A stretch of DNA of 63,204 bases, counting the filler, from Octopus bimaculoides (taxonomy: Eukaryota): the NCBI RefSeq assembly GCF_001194135.2. It is 5 parts of 5 records of this genome, joined end to end, with 100 filler letters (N's around TTAATTAATTAA, not from the genome) between each part and the next. Parts side by side here need not be neighbours in the genome. Positions count along the whole stretch, not along the records: positions 18,986 to 30,730 come from NC_068983.1; positions 30,831 to 52,991 come from NC_068995.1; 3 more parts are not named here. One strand, written 5' to 3'. Position numbers and translations under genes: made by a program. Each line of letters begins with the position of its first letter. The stretch's first letter is position 1. Below the pieces are notes generated by a model. It searched no databases. It had not been told where the DNA came from and saw only the letters and a program-made list of their open reading frames with translations. This document shows positions 24,403-38,224 of this stretch, one piece after another.

Positions 24403-26520
24403 TAGCGCCGTCAACATCAGATGTGCGGGAGTAAAGGACCGTTTAAAATTTCTTTTTAAACATTTTCTCCTTTATTTGTGCTGACTTCTTCTTTATTTGG
24501 GCTGACCTAAATCAGTAACTGATTTATTTCTCCAAATATAAATCAGTAAAGCATCTCTTGCTTACTAACGGATCTTAAAACTATACCACGAGGAATTTCG
24601 TAAACATGACCGTTGCGGAAATTAATGACAACACCACCGATGAAAACACTACAGCACCAGTGAGCTATTTAAGAAAGCGTATGCACTCTTTCCATTTTAC
24701 TGAGACTTTACATTTAAACCGAGATCTACTTCGATGCTATGAAAAAGCCTATGAAGACCCTTCTATCGGATATATGAAGCAGTTAAAAAAACACTAGGAC
24801 GAAGTTCACCTCAACTTAAGCACCTTTACGGCGAAACAGCATCGACAGCAAACATTTTTCTTTTTTAAAAAATAGCTTGCTCTCGTGATGTAAATCGATC
24901 TTCTCAAAACACTGAAAATTGGTCAAAATCTGCCAGAAGAGAGATGGAAGATNNNNNNNNNNNNNNNNNNNNNNNNNNNNNNNNNNNNNNNNNNNNNNNN
25001 NNNNNNNNNNNNNNNNNNNNNNNNNNNNNNNNNNNNNNNNNNNNNNNNNNNNNNNNNNNNNNNNNNNNNNNNNNNNNNNNNNNNNNNNNNNNNNNNNNNN
25101 NNNNNNNNNNNNNNNNNNNNNNNNNNNNNNNNNNNNNNNNNNNNNNNNNNNNNNNNNNNNNNNNNNNNNNNNNNNNNNNNNNNNNNNNNNNNNNNNNNNN
25201 NNNNNNNNNNNNNNNNNNNNNNNNNNNNNNNNNNNNNNNNNNNNNNTTTATTTTTATTTTAGTAAGTTATTTCACTTCCAGTCACAAGTTAAAGATGTTT
25301 CACAATAATATATCATGATTTGAAAATTCCCTAGCACTTTATATTTCTTTCTCCCTACCTCTTCAACAAACTTTTTAACTATGTAATTCCCCTCTTCGTG
25401 TCTTTAACAATTCTATCTTTCTCTTCGCCTCTCACTTCCACTAACCACATGAGCATAATGCATCAGCTGGTTATCTACTCTCACACTCACTCGCGCATTC
25501 CTTTTTCTTCACTCTCACTCCACATCCTCCTCCTCTGAACAAGTAAAAGAATGATATAGATTTAGTGCAATAAAAAAATTCTTTTCACTATCAGCACACC
25601 ACCACCATCATTATAGTTTTCAGGAACAATAAGGACAGAATACTGTACCAACATCAACAGTAAAACACATGTAATTACCCGGAAACTTTCACCGTAGCTG
25701 TAGGCAAACTGCATAATGGGAAAGCATCTGGAAGAGACCGATCTAATAGTTGGATATTGTTAAAAGAGGCTAAAATTTTACCGAAAACCACTAAAATGTA
25801 CATTGAAAAGCATTATGGAAGGAAGGTCACATTGACATGCCAATTTGACTTGCTATAATAGTACGGACAAATCATTCATCCAAGGATGAAACCACAGTGT
25901 TGGCAGAAAACTATCGGCCCATTGCTCGCCCGGACATTACGTACAAATTGTACACAAGCTGCCTCAATCAATTTCTTCAGGATCGCTGCGAGTCCATCGA
26001 AATAGTGATTGATGAACACGCAGGAGGAAAAAAGGGAGAGGGGGATGTGCCGAACGCATTAAATCCAGTATCATTCCTGCTACAAAAATCAAATGGCTAC
26101 ATGCTAGAGTCTCCCACTGCCAGAGATATTAATGTATCTCATATTTATTTTGTGAATGACCCCAAGATTTATGCTAAAAATGTTAACAATGCAAAATAAA
26201 AAAACCAGCTAGAATTAATAACAACATAATCAGCTCACATAGGAAGGAATTTGACCGAAATAAATTTTCGTATTTGATTGTTGAACTTGGAAAATCAGTT
26301 ACCCAGACCCAAAACCTGTGCATTAATGATATTATTATCTCTTCTGTCTCACACGAAGCATGCTACCTAGGCATTGATGAAAGTACCTAGACATTGATGA
26401 AACTGTATACGAAGGCATTGTCAATAAAGATAGTGATACGAACATATTATGCCAGATTTAGAAAAATATGGCAGATTGAATTATCCTCTTACAACAATGC
26501 CTTTGCAGTACTAGTACTGA
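24403..26520 (+). mobile_element. R4/Dong-clade lineage B: 5' UTR, N-terminus and internally deleted RT
   Basis: LNRDLLRCYEKAYEDPSIGYMKQLKKH*DEVH. After the gap: LAENYRPIA...YKLYTSCLNQFL...AGGKKG, fused to ALNPVSFLLQKSNGY...SHIYFVNDPKIYAKN. Confidence 0.78.
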
Positions 26521-26529
26521 TTCCAACAC

Positions 26530-28010
26530 ATTGTTATTGTAACCAGCCTCATGTATGCAAACTTGGTCAGGGGATGCACTTCGACATTTGATGGTTAAAA
26601 GATGCTGTTGAAAGGATATGATACGATGGTCAAAGGCAGTCTGGATCGATGTTAAGCCTCTTCCCCCTTGTTTTCGTTTTAGGTAGAGGCGGCCTACGTC
26701 ATTGTTGATGTGGAAATTATATATGCTGGTTGTATCTTCCGGGTTTCCACATCAGTGGCTCGGATCTCATCAAGCGTCCAATCAAGTCGCTCAAATGTTG
26801 GTATGAATACTAGCACAGAAAACACATTGCTTTATTGAATGCAGAGAGTTCCGAGGTTCATATTTTCTTTATTCGGCTGTAATATTCTTTAGTGACATAT
26901 ATTTTGTTACAGGTGCCATTGTAAGATATGTTTTCATCCACCTCTATATACCTGTAACATTCCTCATCAGATAGAGATGTTGCTAGTCTGGTTTACAGTT
27001 TTCCCTCTTTTCACAACCATATAGCAACATTAATCCTAACCAAACTCCGACCTTATATCCTTTGAGAATGTTGTAACCAGGTCAAGGTTCTTTTACATCT
27101 CGTGCATATTCTTTGCATATAGTGTGAAGTCATCCACAAAGAAACAGTGTGTAATTTTGGTATTTATGTTTCTTTGTGAACCAGTGGGATATCCTTCAGA
27201 CTTCCTTAACATGAATGACAAGGGGTTTTTACAGAAAGTGCAAACAGCATCAAAGAGTGGTTGTCTCCTTGGAATAGTGATAATACAATAGCTCCTTCCA
27301 TTTAATTTCAAGATGGTGGCCCACGATGAAGTCAGGTCAGCTCTGGCTTTGACTATGCTCACTGGAACTTTAGCAAGTTGAAGGGCTTCTAGCGTCCATG
27401 AGTGGGAGACAGAGGCAAAGGCTTTCTTTTTGTCCAATCACATTAAAACTAGGTTCCTTCTATGCTCCTGTTTTGTTTAATAGCAATTGCTCGGCACATC
27501 CCTAGGCTCTCTTCTTCCCATCTGCTTGTTCTGATGTGATAATATTATTACTTTCACAGTGGTCTTGGAGGAAGAGCTGTTAACATGCTGTATATATTTT
27601 ATACATTAAGTTCTGGCATGCAATAGGCTGGTAGTTTTTTGCCATGTTGGTGGGTCTGCATTTGGGGATCAGTTTTGTTTCTGCCAGAGCTGACCAGTCT
27701 GGTATGCTACTATTCCCACTGAGAGCATACTGGAACACATTGATAAGATATGGTCGGTAGAAGATTAGATTCTTGTACCAGTATTCAACAATCAAGTCTC
27801 TTCCAGGTGCTTTTCCACCCTGGAGTTTCTGGATTACAGTCATAAGGGTATCACCATCAATTCTGTATGTCTTGTGTCTAATGCAAGGACAGTAAATTCT
27901 TCAAATTTCTTCCAGCCACAGAGCACCTTGGTTACATTCCATCTCTTCACTCCAGATTTTCCTCCAGAAGGAATCTATATCTTCTCATGAAGGAGCTTCT
28001 GTGATGTTCA
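26530..28010 (-). mobile_element. R4/Dong-clade lineage B RT fragment, 5'-truncated, convergent with the previous copy
   Basis: DSFWRKIWSE; KAPGRDLIVEYWYK; KNYQPIACQNLMYKIYT; DKKKAFASVSHSW; NPLSFMLRKSEGY; THCFFVDDFTLYAKN. The 5' junction abuts (CATA)n on the coding strand. Confidence 0.88.
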
Positions 28011-28115
28011 CTATATTTCTATGTATATATGTATGTTTGTATGTATGTATGTATGTATGTATGTATGTATGTATGTATGTATGTATCTATGTATGTGTGT
28101 GCATGCGTGTGTGTG

Positions 28116-28146
<31 letters not shown>

Positions 28147-28184
28147 ATGTGTGTTTGTGTGTGTTTGTGTGGGTACATTATATA

Positions 28185-29022
28185 CAGGGCTAGAACAAAA
28201 TAATGGAAACACCTAGTATCATAGCTTTATATTTTGAAATATCTATAAAACCGTCAAAAGCTTGTTTATTTCTATGTTTCTTTTTATTTATTATTAGTGT
28301 TGCTTAATATGGTTTGCTAAAATAGCTGTTTCTTTTCAGATATCATCGGAAAAAGGTAATTAAAATTCATTAAAATGACAGATCTATCGGACTTTCAAAG
28401 AGGTAAAATTCTTGGTGCTCGTATGGCAGGCGCTAGCATAACGAAAACAGCCGAAATGTTTGGTGTATCAAGAAGTACTGTCTCAAAAGTAATGACAACC
28501 TTTGAGAAAGAGGGAAAAACCTCCTCGTCGAAACAAAACTCTGAAAGAAAACCAAAACTTTCAGATAGGAAATTAATAGTCAAGACTATTTAAACCTTTT
28601 TTCTGATCAAATTCCTCATATGGTTGCGGAACTGTTTCCGGAAGGAAACGCAATCTTTCAGGATGATAATGCACCAATTCACACAACTAAAGTTGTTAGT
28701 GAATGGCACGAGGAACATTCTAGTTAAGTTGAACGTCTTATCTGGCCACCACTATCCCCAGATCTCAATATTATTGAACATTAATGGTGCATTTTAGAAA
28801 GACAAATAAGCAGTCGATATCCTCCACCATCATCATTACAAGAACTGGAGTCTGTTTTAGTTGAAGAATGGACAAAATTTCTTTTCGAAACAATTCAAAC
28901 CTTGTACGAGTCCATGCCTCGTAGAATTCAACCTGTAATTACTGCCAAAGGCGGTCCTATCCGACATTAAAATAAATTTGTTTGAAATTTTAAGGTGTTT
29001 CCATTATTTTGTCTAACCCCTG
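28185..29022 (+). mobile_element. Internally deleted Tc1 element (838 bp)
   Basis: TIRs cagggctagaacaaaataatggaaacacct and caggggttagacaaaataatggaaacacct. TA on both sides. HTH MTDLSDFQRGKILGARMAGAS...VSRSTVSKV is joined to FQDDNAPIH, WPPLSPDLNIIEH and MPRRIQPVITAKGG. The first catalytic D region is missing. Confidence 0.92.
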
Positions 29023-29060
<38 letters not shown>

Positions 29061-29689
29061 NNNNNNNNNNNNNNNNNNNNNNNNNNNNNNNNNNNNNNNN
29101 NNNNNNNNNNNNNNNNNNNNNNNNNNNNNNNNNNNNNNNNNNNNNNNNNNNNNNNNNNNNNNNNNNNNNNNNNNNNNNNNNNNNNNNNNNNNNNNNNNNN
29201 NNNNNNNNNNNNNNNNNNNNNNNNNNNNNNNNNNNNNNNNNNNNNNNNNNNNNNNNNNNNNNNNNNNNNNNNNNNNNNNNNNNNNNNNNNNNNNNNNNNN
29301 NNNNNNNNNNNNNNNNNNNNNNNNNNNNNNNNNNNNNNNNNNNNNNNNNNNNNNNNNNNNNNNNNNNNNNNNNNNNNNNNNNNNNNNNNNNNNNNNNNNN
29401 NNNNNNNNNNNNNNNNNNNNNNNNNNNNNNNNNNNNNNNNNNNNNNNNNNNNNNNNNNNNNNNNNNNNNNNNNNNNNNNNNNNNNNNNNNNNNNNNNNNN
29501 NNNNNNNNNNNNNNNNNNNNNNNNNNNNNNNNNNNNNNNNNNNNNNNNNNNNNNNNNNNNNNNNNNNNNNNNNNNNNNNNNNNNNNNNNNNNNNNNNNNN
29601 NNNNNNNNNNNNNNNNNNNNNNNNNNNNNNNNNNNNNNNNNNNNNNNNNNNNNNNNNNNNNNNNNNNNNNNNNNNNNNNNNNNNNNNNN

Positions 29690-30730
29690 AAATACATCCA
29701 TAACACCAGACTTAAACAATTTATATCACAAATCGCACCCCAAAGACATAACATCAATCAAAACCACAACCAACCACCCACATATCCAAGCAGACCCCAC
29801 AATCACACCTATAACACTAGGGCCAAATCTAAGATATTTAAATCAGCTAGCCCTTCCAAAAGTATAGACAACTGCCCTCCACTTAAACACCTTAATTACA
29901 ACATGCACAGAACCCCCCAAAAAGCGGTGGCCGCTCCGTCATGTGGTACACCCCCCCATTCTCTCTTAACACTAGGAACCTAGCCAAATCTTTTTTTAAA
30001 ATACTAGATTCTAACTTCTCACGGCAACACAAATACCACTCTATATTCAACAGATCCACCTTAAAATTATCGTATTCTACCACTCCTAACTTTGAATATA
30101 TTATAGCAGCTTCTAACAAACATAAACTCTCGCTGTATTACCAAAACCTAAGCAACCATAACTATGCTAGCACCAGCACCCGACCCACACATACACCCAA
30201 CACGGACATCAATATACGTTCTTCTAAAACTAACGCTCGTACACTGGAACAAAACCACAATGGATCCCAACCCACTAATATTCTAGACAATAACAATACC
30301 AATAATAATACTGATAGGACAAATAGCCATAACAATAATTCCACTGATCTAGATTCCTACACATCCCCTAATAACATATCCTCCAATAATAATAACTCAA
30401 CCACAGGCATACGCAACCCTCTAGCCTCCTACACTTGCAACTGTCGCTCCGGGACTATCTGTCCGCTTCAAACACATTGCGTAAGATACAATGTAATATA
30501 TAAATGCACCGTGAAAAATCTATTACATAACTCTACTGCCACGTACATTGGTGCAACTATAAACTTTAAACATCGTTACGCAGCCCATATGCACTCTTTT
30601 AGATACGACAAACACAGTAAATCTACAACATTAGCCAATCATATTCATCACCTCAAAAACAAAAATACCCAATACACCTTAAAATGGTCCATCTTAGATT
30701 CTGGAACTCCATACCAGGACCAGCGCTCCA
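29690..30730 (+). mobile_element. Penelope-like element (Neptune/Poseidon-type), 3' part
   Basis: Flanked by gaps. Contains the ORF below, with a frameshift upstream of WYTPPFS. Confidence 0.88.
29941..30730 (+). CDS. Penelope-like RT C-terminus, linker and GIY-YIG endonuclease (open frame, truncated by a gap)
   Basis: WYTPPFSLN...FFKILDSNF...HKYHSIFNRSTLKLSYSTTPN; CNCRSGTICPLQTHC; NVIYKCTV...TYIGAT.NFKHRYAAHMHSF; TTLANHIHHLK...LKWSIL. Confidence 0.88.
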
Positions 30731-30899
30731 NNNNNNNNNNNNNNNNNNNNNNNNNNNNNNNNNNNNNNNNNNNNTTAATTAATTAANNNNNNNNNNNNNN
30801 NNNNNNNNNNNNNNNNNNNNNNNNNNNNNNGAGGGATCAGGGATTGTGTCTTTGGTCATCCTTTGGTCTGTCTTTGGTCAACCGACCTGCGCTAAACAA

Positions 30900-31300
30900 C
30901 ATACAAATCTTTCTCGAATTAGATCTTATAGTGTACGATGGCAAAAAGAAGTGGCTGAAATGCAAGTCCTCAGACAAATTTCAGGAGTAACCTTACGAGA
31001 GAGGATGCAAAGAGGGCAGAGGTCAAAGAGTGTCACCTGGTGGAGCCGCGTTGAGAGGTCAAAGTTCTGGTGCATGTGATTAGACTGTCGTAGGAAATAA
31101 TCGCAAGAGAGATTCTGGGAGCCAAGCTAACCGGTAGAAAACGTAGGGTTAAACAAAAAACGACACGGTCGAATAGTGTCCATAATCTCAATTAATCACG
31201 CTTGGTAAATCAGCTGGAAAGTCTAATGGTAGTTACTTCTGATTAGACCTTATGGAAGAGGTACTTGAAGACTCTGCCACCACTACCGTCCTAGTAATTG
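30900..31300 (+). mobile_element. RTE-clade LINE, C-terminal ORF remnant
   Basis: AEMQVLRQISGVTLRERM...VERS..W, then frameshifted IAREILGAKLTGRK..KTRSNS, matching AEMRFLRRI.GVT..DR...R.QLRW.GH. Confidence 0.65.
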
Positions 31301-31384
31301 CTGGTGGGGAAAACGGATCGATTGACGGATGGATCTTATAGTCCTGTTTATGTAATTCTAAAGTCTATCAGAAAACGAAACGTT

Positions 31385-31460
31385 ATTTTGCCAGCTGAGT
31401 GGACGAGGGTAAGGTGAAGTAAAGTGCCTTGACCAAAAACTCAACGAGTCTCCTGGACAC
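31385..31460 (-). mobile_element. SINE family D core fragment
   Basis: ttttgccagctgagtggac...gtgaagtaaagtgccttgaccaa resembles 11190-11240. Confidence 0.55.
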
Positions 31461-31619
31461 GGAATCGGTAGCTCAGTTCCTTCACGCTAACCCATGCGTC
31501 TTCTCAATCAAAAATAGTGCTAAATTCTTACATCTGAAGAACAAAACAAGAAATTTGGAAGCTGAATTAGGGGAAACAGATAACAATGACGAAGATGATG
31601 GTGAGGATACTGCAGCTAC

Positions 31620-31650
<31 letters not shown>

Positions 31651-32308
31651 GAGGAGGAGGAGGAGNNNNNNNNNNNNNNNNNNNNNNNNNNNNNNNNNNN
31701 NNNNNNNNNNNNNNNNNNNNNNNNNNNNNNNNNNNNNNNNNNNNNNNNNNNNNNNNNNNNNNNNNNNNNNNNNNNNNNNNNNNNNNNNNNNNNNNNNNNN
31801 NNNNNNNNNNNNNNNNNNNNNNNNNNNNNNNNNNNNNNNNNNNNNNNNNNNNNNNNNNNNNNNNNNNNNNNNNNNNNNNNNNNNNNNNNNNNNNNNNNNN
31901 NNNNNNNNNNNNNNNNNNNNNNNNNNNNNNNNNNNNNNNNNNNNNNNNNNNNNNNNNNNNNNNNNNNNNNNNNNNNNNNNNNNNNNNNNNNNNNNNNNNN
32001 NNNNNNNNNNNNNNNNNNNNNNNNNNNNNNNNNNNNNNNNNNNNNNNNNNNNNNNNNNNNNNNNNNNNNNNNNNNNNNNNNNNNNNNNNNNNNNNNNNNN
32101 NNNNNNNNNNNNNNNNNNNNNNNNNNNNNNNNNNNNNNNNNNNNNNNNNNNNNNNNNNNNNNNNNNNNNNNNNNNNNNNNNNNNNNNNNNNNNNNNNNNN
32201 NNNNNNNNNNNNNNNNNNNNNNNNNNNNNNNNNNNNNNNNNNNNNNNNNNNNNNNNNNNNNNNNNNNNNNNNNNNNNNNNNNNNNNNNNNNNNNNNNNNN
32301 NNNNNNNT

Positions 32309-33600
<1,292 letters not shown>

Positions 33601-34009
33601 CGCGCGCAAAAGACCATCCAAATGTTTATCACCCATCTTTTTTTTACTTGACCAGTGCATAGGTAAGACATGTATTTTGTTTCTTTCCTGCCTCACATTC
33701 ACTTCAGACCCCCAGTTTATCTTTTCACTTTTCATTCTTTTCTTTCCTTTTATCTTTCTTCCCTTCTATCCCATCTATCTATCCTTCTGAGCCCTCTCAT
33801 TGTATCTTTGGAACACAAGCACCACTATTTTTTTCCTTTTTTTTTTTTGTTAGTTTCGTCATGTAGTGTTCCATATTTTGAAATTTGTATTTTTACTGCT
33901 TATGCCTGTTTCGCTTGATATATTTCGGAAATTAAACGTTTTAATATACAAAATATACGTCATATTATTTCTTGCATTAACGTATAACGTATAACGCTAT
34001 ACGTTAATG

Positions 34010-34260
34010 CAAGAAATATTGTATATTATCTCAGATAAATTACTTCTTGACTTAAACACAAGCAATTACGACATCTACCGACAGACAGTCAAGCACGAGC
34101 TCCATATATACATTCAAAAAAGTTCCAAAAGAAGTTCCAACCGTCCCCCAGCTACTATCAGGAACCTTGCATTCAGAATAAGTAAGAGGCTACCATATTT
34201 TCCGGCATAAAAATCGAATTTTTAAGACCAAAATTTTCAGCCTAAAACGATAGAACGACT
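34010..34260 (+). mobile_element. Penelope-like RT thumb fragment
   Basis: LLLDLNTSNYDIYRQ...LHIYIQKS..SNRPPATIRNL..RISKRL resembles the Penelope LDL.T..Y..Y.KP...LYI...SNHPP..I..I..RIS motif. Confidence 0.55.
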
Positions 34261-35204
34261 TACACACCAACATGACTTTGAAGAACCAAATATTCTACGT
34301 GAGCAACAGCGGCAGAATTTGAAAAGATAGTGGCGAGGCTTGAATGTGTGCACTACATGTTTCCACTATATGCTACGTTAACTTGTCTGCCGAAAAATAC
34401 GGTGTCTGATATATCAACGGATATAGACATATTTAAGAGCATTAAGGTAAAATACATCGAAATCACTCATACACGAAATGTTATCAGGACATTTGTAACT
34501 CAAATTTTTCATGGGTGTGTGTTAAATTATTAATTTTATCTACCCCTAGTGAACGGAAAATAAATTGTCCCGCCTGAAATTAGAACGCAACACAGCATAA
34601 CTCCAAAATAGGAACTACAAAACATCTAACCCAACCCACTTTGGTTTTGGTTATTTTTTTGCTTGTTTTTGGCTATCTCCTTCCCGAAGTCTCCCATTCT
34701 AAACGGGAAGGAAAATTATACAGTTCTACTTGATATTAGTTCACTGAAAGGAAGCTACCAGTTTTGTTATTAGGTGTATTCTAGGGTACTGATTCCAAAC
34801 ATTATCATTACAATTTTCAGCTATCAAATCACATTTTGGCACAATCCCTGGAATGTGAGATGCCGAGAGACATTCAGTGCCTTGGGTAAGTAACCGACGA
34901 AATCTCATCTCCCAACGTGGAGCCGTCAACAGTCATTATATCACATCCAAAAGTACAGCATTTCAAATTTTCTTCATTTTTGTCTCAAGTTTATTATTGC
35001 TTCATCATCTAAATATAGCAGATGCATTCTTTAGCGTTTGAGTGTATCTGCTACAACATTCTTTAAAATCTTTCCGGCTTTATTTTATGTTCCCGAACAG
35101 CAAATTGCATATCATCAAACAGATAACAAACCCCTTCACCGTTCTGCGATTGCTGCACCTGTTTTCATATCCTCCGGGTTGCTTTGAAGTTCTAAACTTG
35201 GGGA

Positions 35205-35612
35205 GTTAGGCAGACATAGCTGTGCAGTTAAGAGGCTCGTTTGTAGCCACAGGTTTCGTGTTCAGTCCCATTTAAGCAAGTGCTTTCTAACTTCTTCTAT
35301 AATACCCGCCAGGCCGCTAACTAATGTCTTGTGAATGAATTCGGTAGACGGAACCTGGGAGTCAAACACGAACCCAATAAGGTTCGAAAATTGATTGTAT
35401 GTATGTGTGTATGTATGTATCTGCGTGTATTTGTGTTTTCCCCTTAACAACCGTTTCTAATTTGTTTATGCTCCCGCAACTTAGTGTTTCGGCAAAAGAG
35501 GCCGATAGTACCAGACTTAAAAAAAATACTGATGGCATTTTTTCGACTGAACTCCTCGAGGCGATGCTCCAGCGTGGCCGCGGTTCAATGACTGAAGCAT
35601 GTAAAAGATAAA
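35205..35612 (+). mobile_element. SINE family A/B, complete but diverged, with internal (GTAT/GT)n
   Basis: Head at 35205-35365, tract at 35395-35435, 3' module at 35440-35612. Confidence 0.8.
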
Positions 35613-37150
35613 AGATATGGATGACAGACTTTAAAAGGATGGGTTGGATTAACAGAATCGGGAAGACGGGGGCATCTGACAAAATTCCTTGTGATATTTG
35701 TTCCGGTTCAAATAATACCGAGGTTAATTTTGGCGTTAATTTTTTTGAGATCGATGATTTTAATGCACCGGTCAAATGCAAGCTCCATTTTATAGATTGC
35801 CAGTTTTTAAATGGGCTAGCAAGATTTGATAGAGCCCATATTAACGTCGCCCGATGATGGGGTTCCAATGACTGTTGAAGGGACACACCGGTTGCAGTAC
35901 AGTACCATTGCATCTATATCATCTAGCAGAAATATCGTATAACGTAGTCCAATATCGCCAAAACTTACTCTCAACCATCCAAGAGTTCACATACACACAT
36001 TTCCACTCTCTAAAAGCGGAATCCATTAGAAGAGATAACAATAGAAAAAAGACGGCAAGATTTCAACCCGAAAATCGTCTTGCTCCATGGAAACCAAAGT
36101 TATTTATTCAGCCTGGAATTAATAGGTGAAGTAATGGATCTCAATTTGCTACCAAGAGCTGATTGAAAGGGGAAATACTTTGGCATTAAAGACATTTTTT
36201 CTTTTTCTTTTTCTTTCTTTTTCTACGGAAAGAGAAAAATCCTTGTTCGATAGTTTTTCTGTTTTTTGAACAAGAAAACAGTGATTATTTATTGGCTGTT
36301 CAAAGGCAAGTATATAACATACAGCATAAAAGATATACCTCTTCAGTTCTTGTCAGTCATATAGATCATGTTAAAGAAAGTTACTTCTATATGAAATCAA
36401 TATTAGTAAATACATATTGTGATTAGAACCGTACAATTTGTACGAATCAGAAAGTCTTAAACAGAGGTACAGCAGTTGTGGCCTTAAGGTTGTAGGAGGC
36501 CTTTTGAATTGCAGTCTTCCGGAAGACGTCTAACGTTTGAGGTAAAATCATTATCTTGTAATATATTTTTGTTGACTTCATTTTATTTAAGATGAATCTC
36601 TTCAATAAATTGTACTAGCTTAAAGTAATTACAATTGTATTTTAAACAGAAATCCAAAGAAATGTTTTAAAACACATAATTACGATATGGATTGCTTCTG
36701 CCATAACTCCGCCTTTGTTATATTTGTCAAAATGTTTATGAGTAAAGCGTCAGGAAAGGACAGCGCGTAATATCAATGAATGAATTACAAAAAGTAGGAG
36801 TTACGTAGTCTCCTTCATTTGCATTGGGCTTTTGCTATAAGAAGACGTACACTCAGAGCCGAGTGTTTGTGCAACATCCTACAGCTTCCTCGGAGCTGAA
36901 GATCAGCGTAAACCGGATCCTGGTCAGTTAGTTATGATTTTCTTTTTCTTCTACTACAAAACTTCTTTTAGCCGCAACATACACAAACCTATACACACTA
37001 AAGCATTTTTCTGTACAAAAGACACGAACTAACATGTGATCCTTTTTTTTTTTTTTTCTTTCACTTCTCCCCTTTTCACTTGTGTTCTATGTCAAACTTA
37101 CCTTATGAATACGTGCATCAGTATACTTTCAGAAACTATAATACGAAAAC

Positions 37151-37181
<31 letters not shown>

Positions 37182-37221
37182 TTGTATGTATGTCTGTACG
37201 TATGTGCGTACATACATACAT

Positions 37222-37490
37222 ACATACACACATCAGTGGAACTGTCAAAATACGCAAAACTTTCCAAGAATCTAGCATTTATACACATGTCTTTAGATGC
37301 AAATATGTTTGAATAAACATGCATAAAACAAAACATGCAGAGACTCCAAATACCTACATTTATATACACGCATACATGCATAACTGTCCTGTTGATGTTG
37401 TTGAAATTCCACTCAAGGAGCCGTGGGCGTTGGTTAGAAGCTGACTCTTTCTCCATTGGCAAGAAATCTAGAAATAAAACTACATAATAA
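37222..37490 (+). mobile_element. 5'-truncated R4/Dong lineage-B 3' end following (CATA)n
   Basis: ISGTVKIRKTF matches the lineage-B C-terminus. The UTR aligns by eye with the reverse complement of 12880-13090. Confidence 0.75.
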
Positions 37491-37759
37491 CATATATATA
37501 AAATAAATAAAAAGCATGTCGTGTACAGAGATCGATATAATCAAGTATATCCTCCCTACAGCACATCTGTGGATTAACACTATTATTAAATATCGATACT
37601 GATATAATAAAATCGTATAAATTTAATTATTAGGATGTGATTTACAAATTACCAAAACACATATCGAGAAGAGTCATGTGTGGGACGAATAGAAATCAGG
37701 TTTCAAATCGAATAATCAGAAAAATCGATATATGTATGTATGTGTATCTATTAGTCTCT

Positions 37760-38065
37760 TGTAGGCATCTGTCGTCTCGAGAGACCATGGATCTGCGCCC
37801 GAAGAAATTGTGTCAGTTGCTGGTGATGGTGGTGCAGCGTCTGTTGTGGTTATAGAGGATCGCACACGGAAGTGGTAGTCACGCATAGAGCGACGGCATT
37901 TGAAGGAGCTCTCGGCCGGTGTTACTGTTTTTTTCCTTCTGTCCAGTGCGCTTTTCTTTGGTGGTGAGTTACTGTTTCTTTTCTCTTCCCCTCGCTTCAT
38001 CTTTTTTCGCAATATTTGTCTCCAGCGTGGGCGATCATTTGCGATTTCCTCCCATCTCAGGACGT

Positions 38066-38068
<3 letters not shown>
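37760..38068 (-). mobile_element. RTE-clade LINE 3' end
   Basis: WEEIANDRPRWRQILRK...EEKR...RRK...FKCRRSMRDYH followed by the tail gcagatccatggtctctcgagacgacagatgcctac. Confidence 0.8.
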
Positions 38069-38107
<39 letters not shown>

Positions 38108-38224
38108 GGGCGGGGAGAGCGATTACTGACGCTTGAGTCATGTCAGTTCAGAAATGTTCCGTAAATTTGTTTTACAATAAAGCAAATATGTAAAAGAAAT
38201 ATATTTACAGAGGCACGTAATTTC

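Noticed and set aside
34741-34929. LSASHIPGI as a DIRS/LTR RNase H motif
   Set aside because: It is a single short motif; the expected N..AD.LSR and upstream acidic residues are absent.
36790-36920. Minus-strand DPVYADLQL as an ITIM-like exon
   Set aside because: There is no polypyrimidine tract before the AG, and a six-residue motif is expected by chance.
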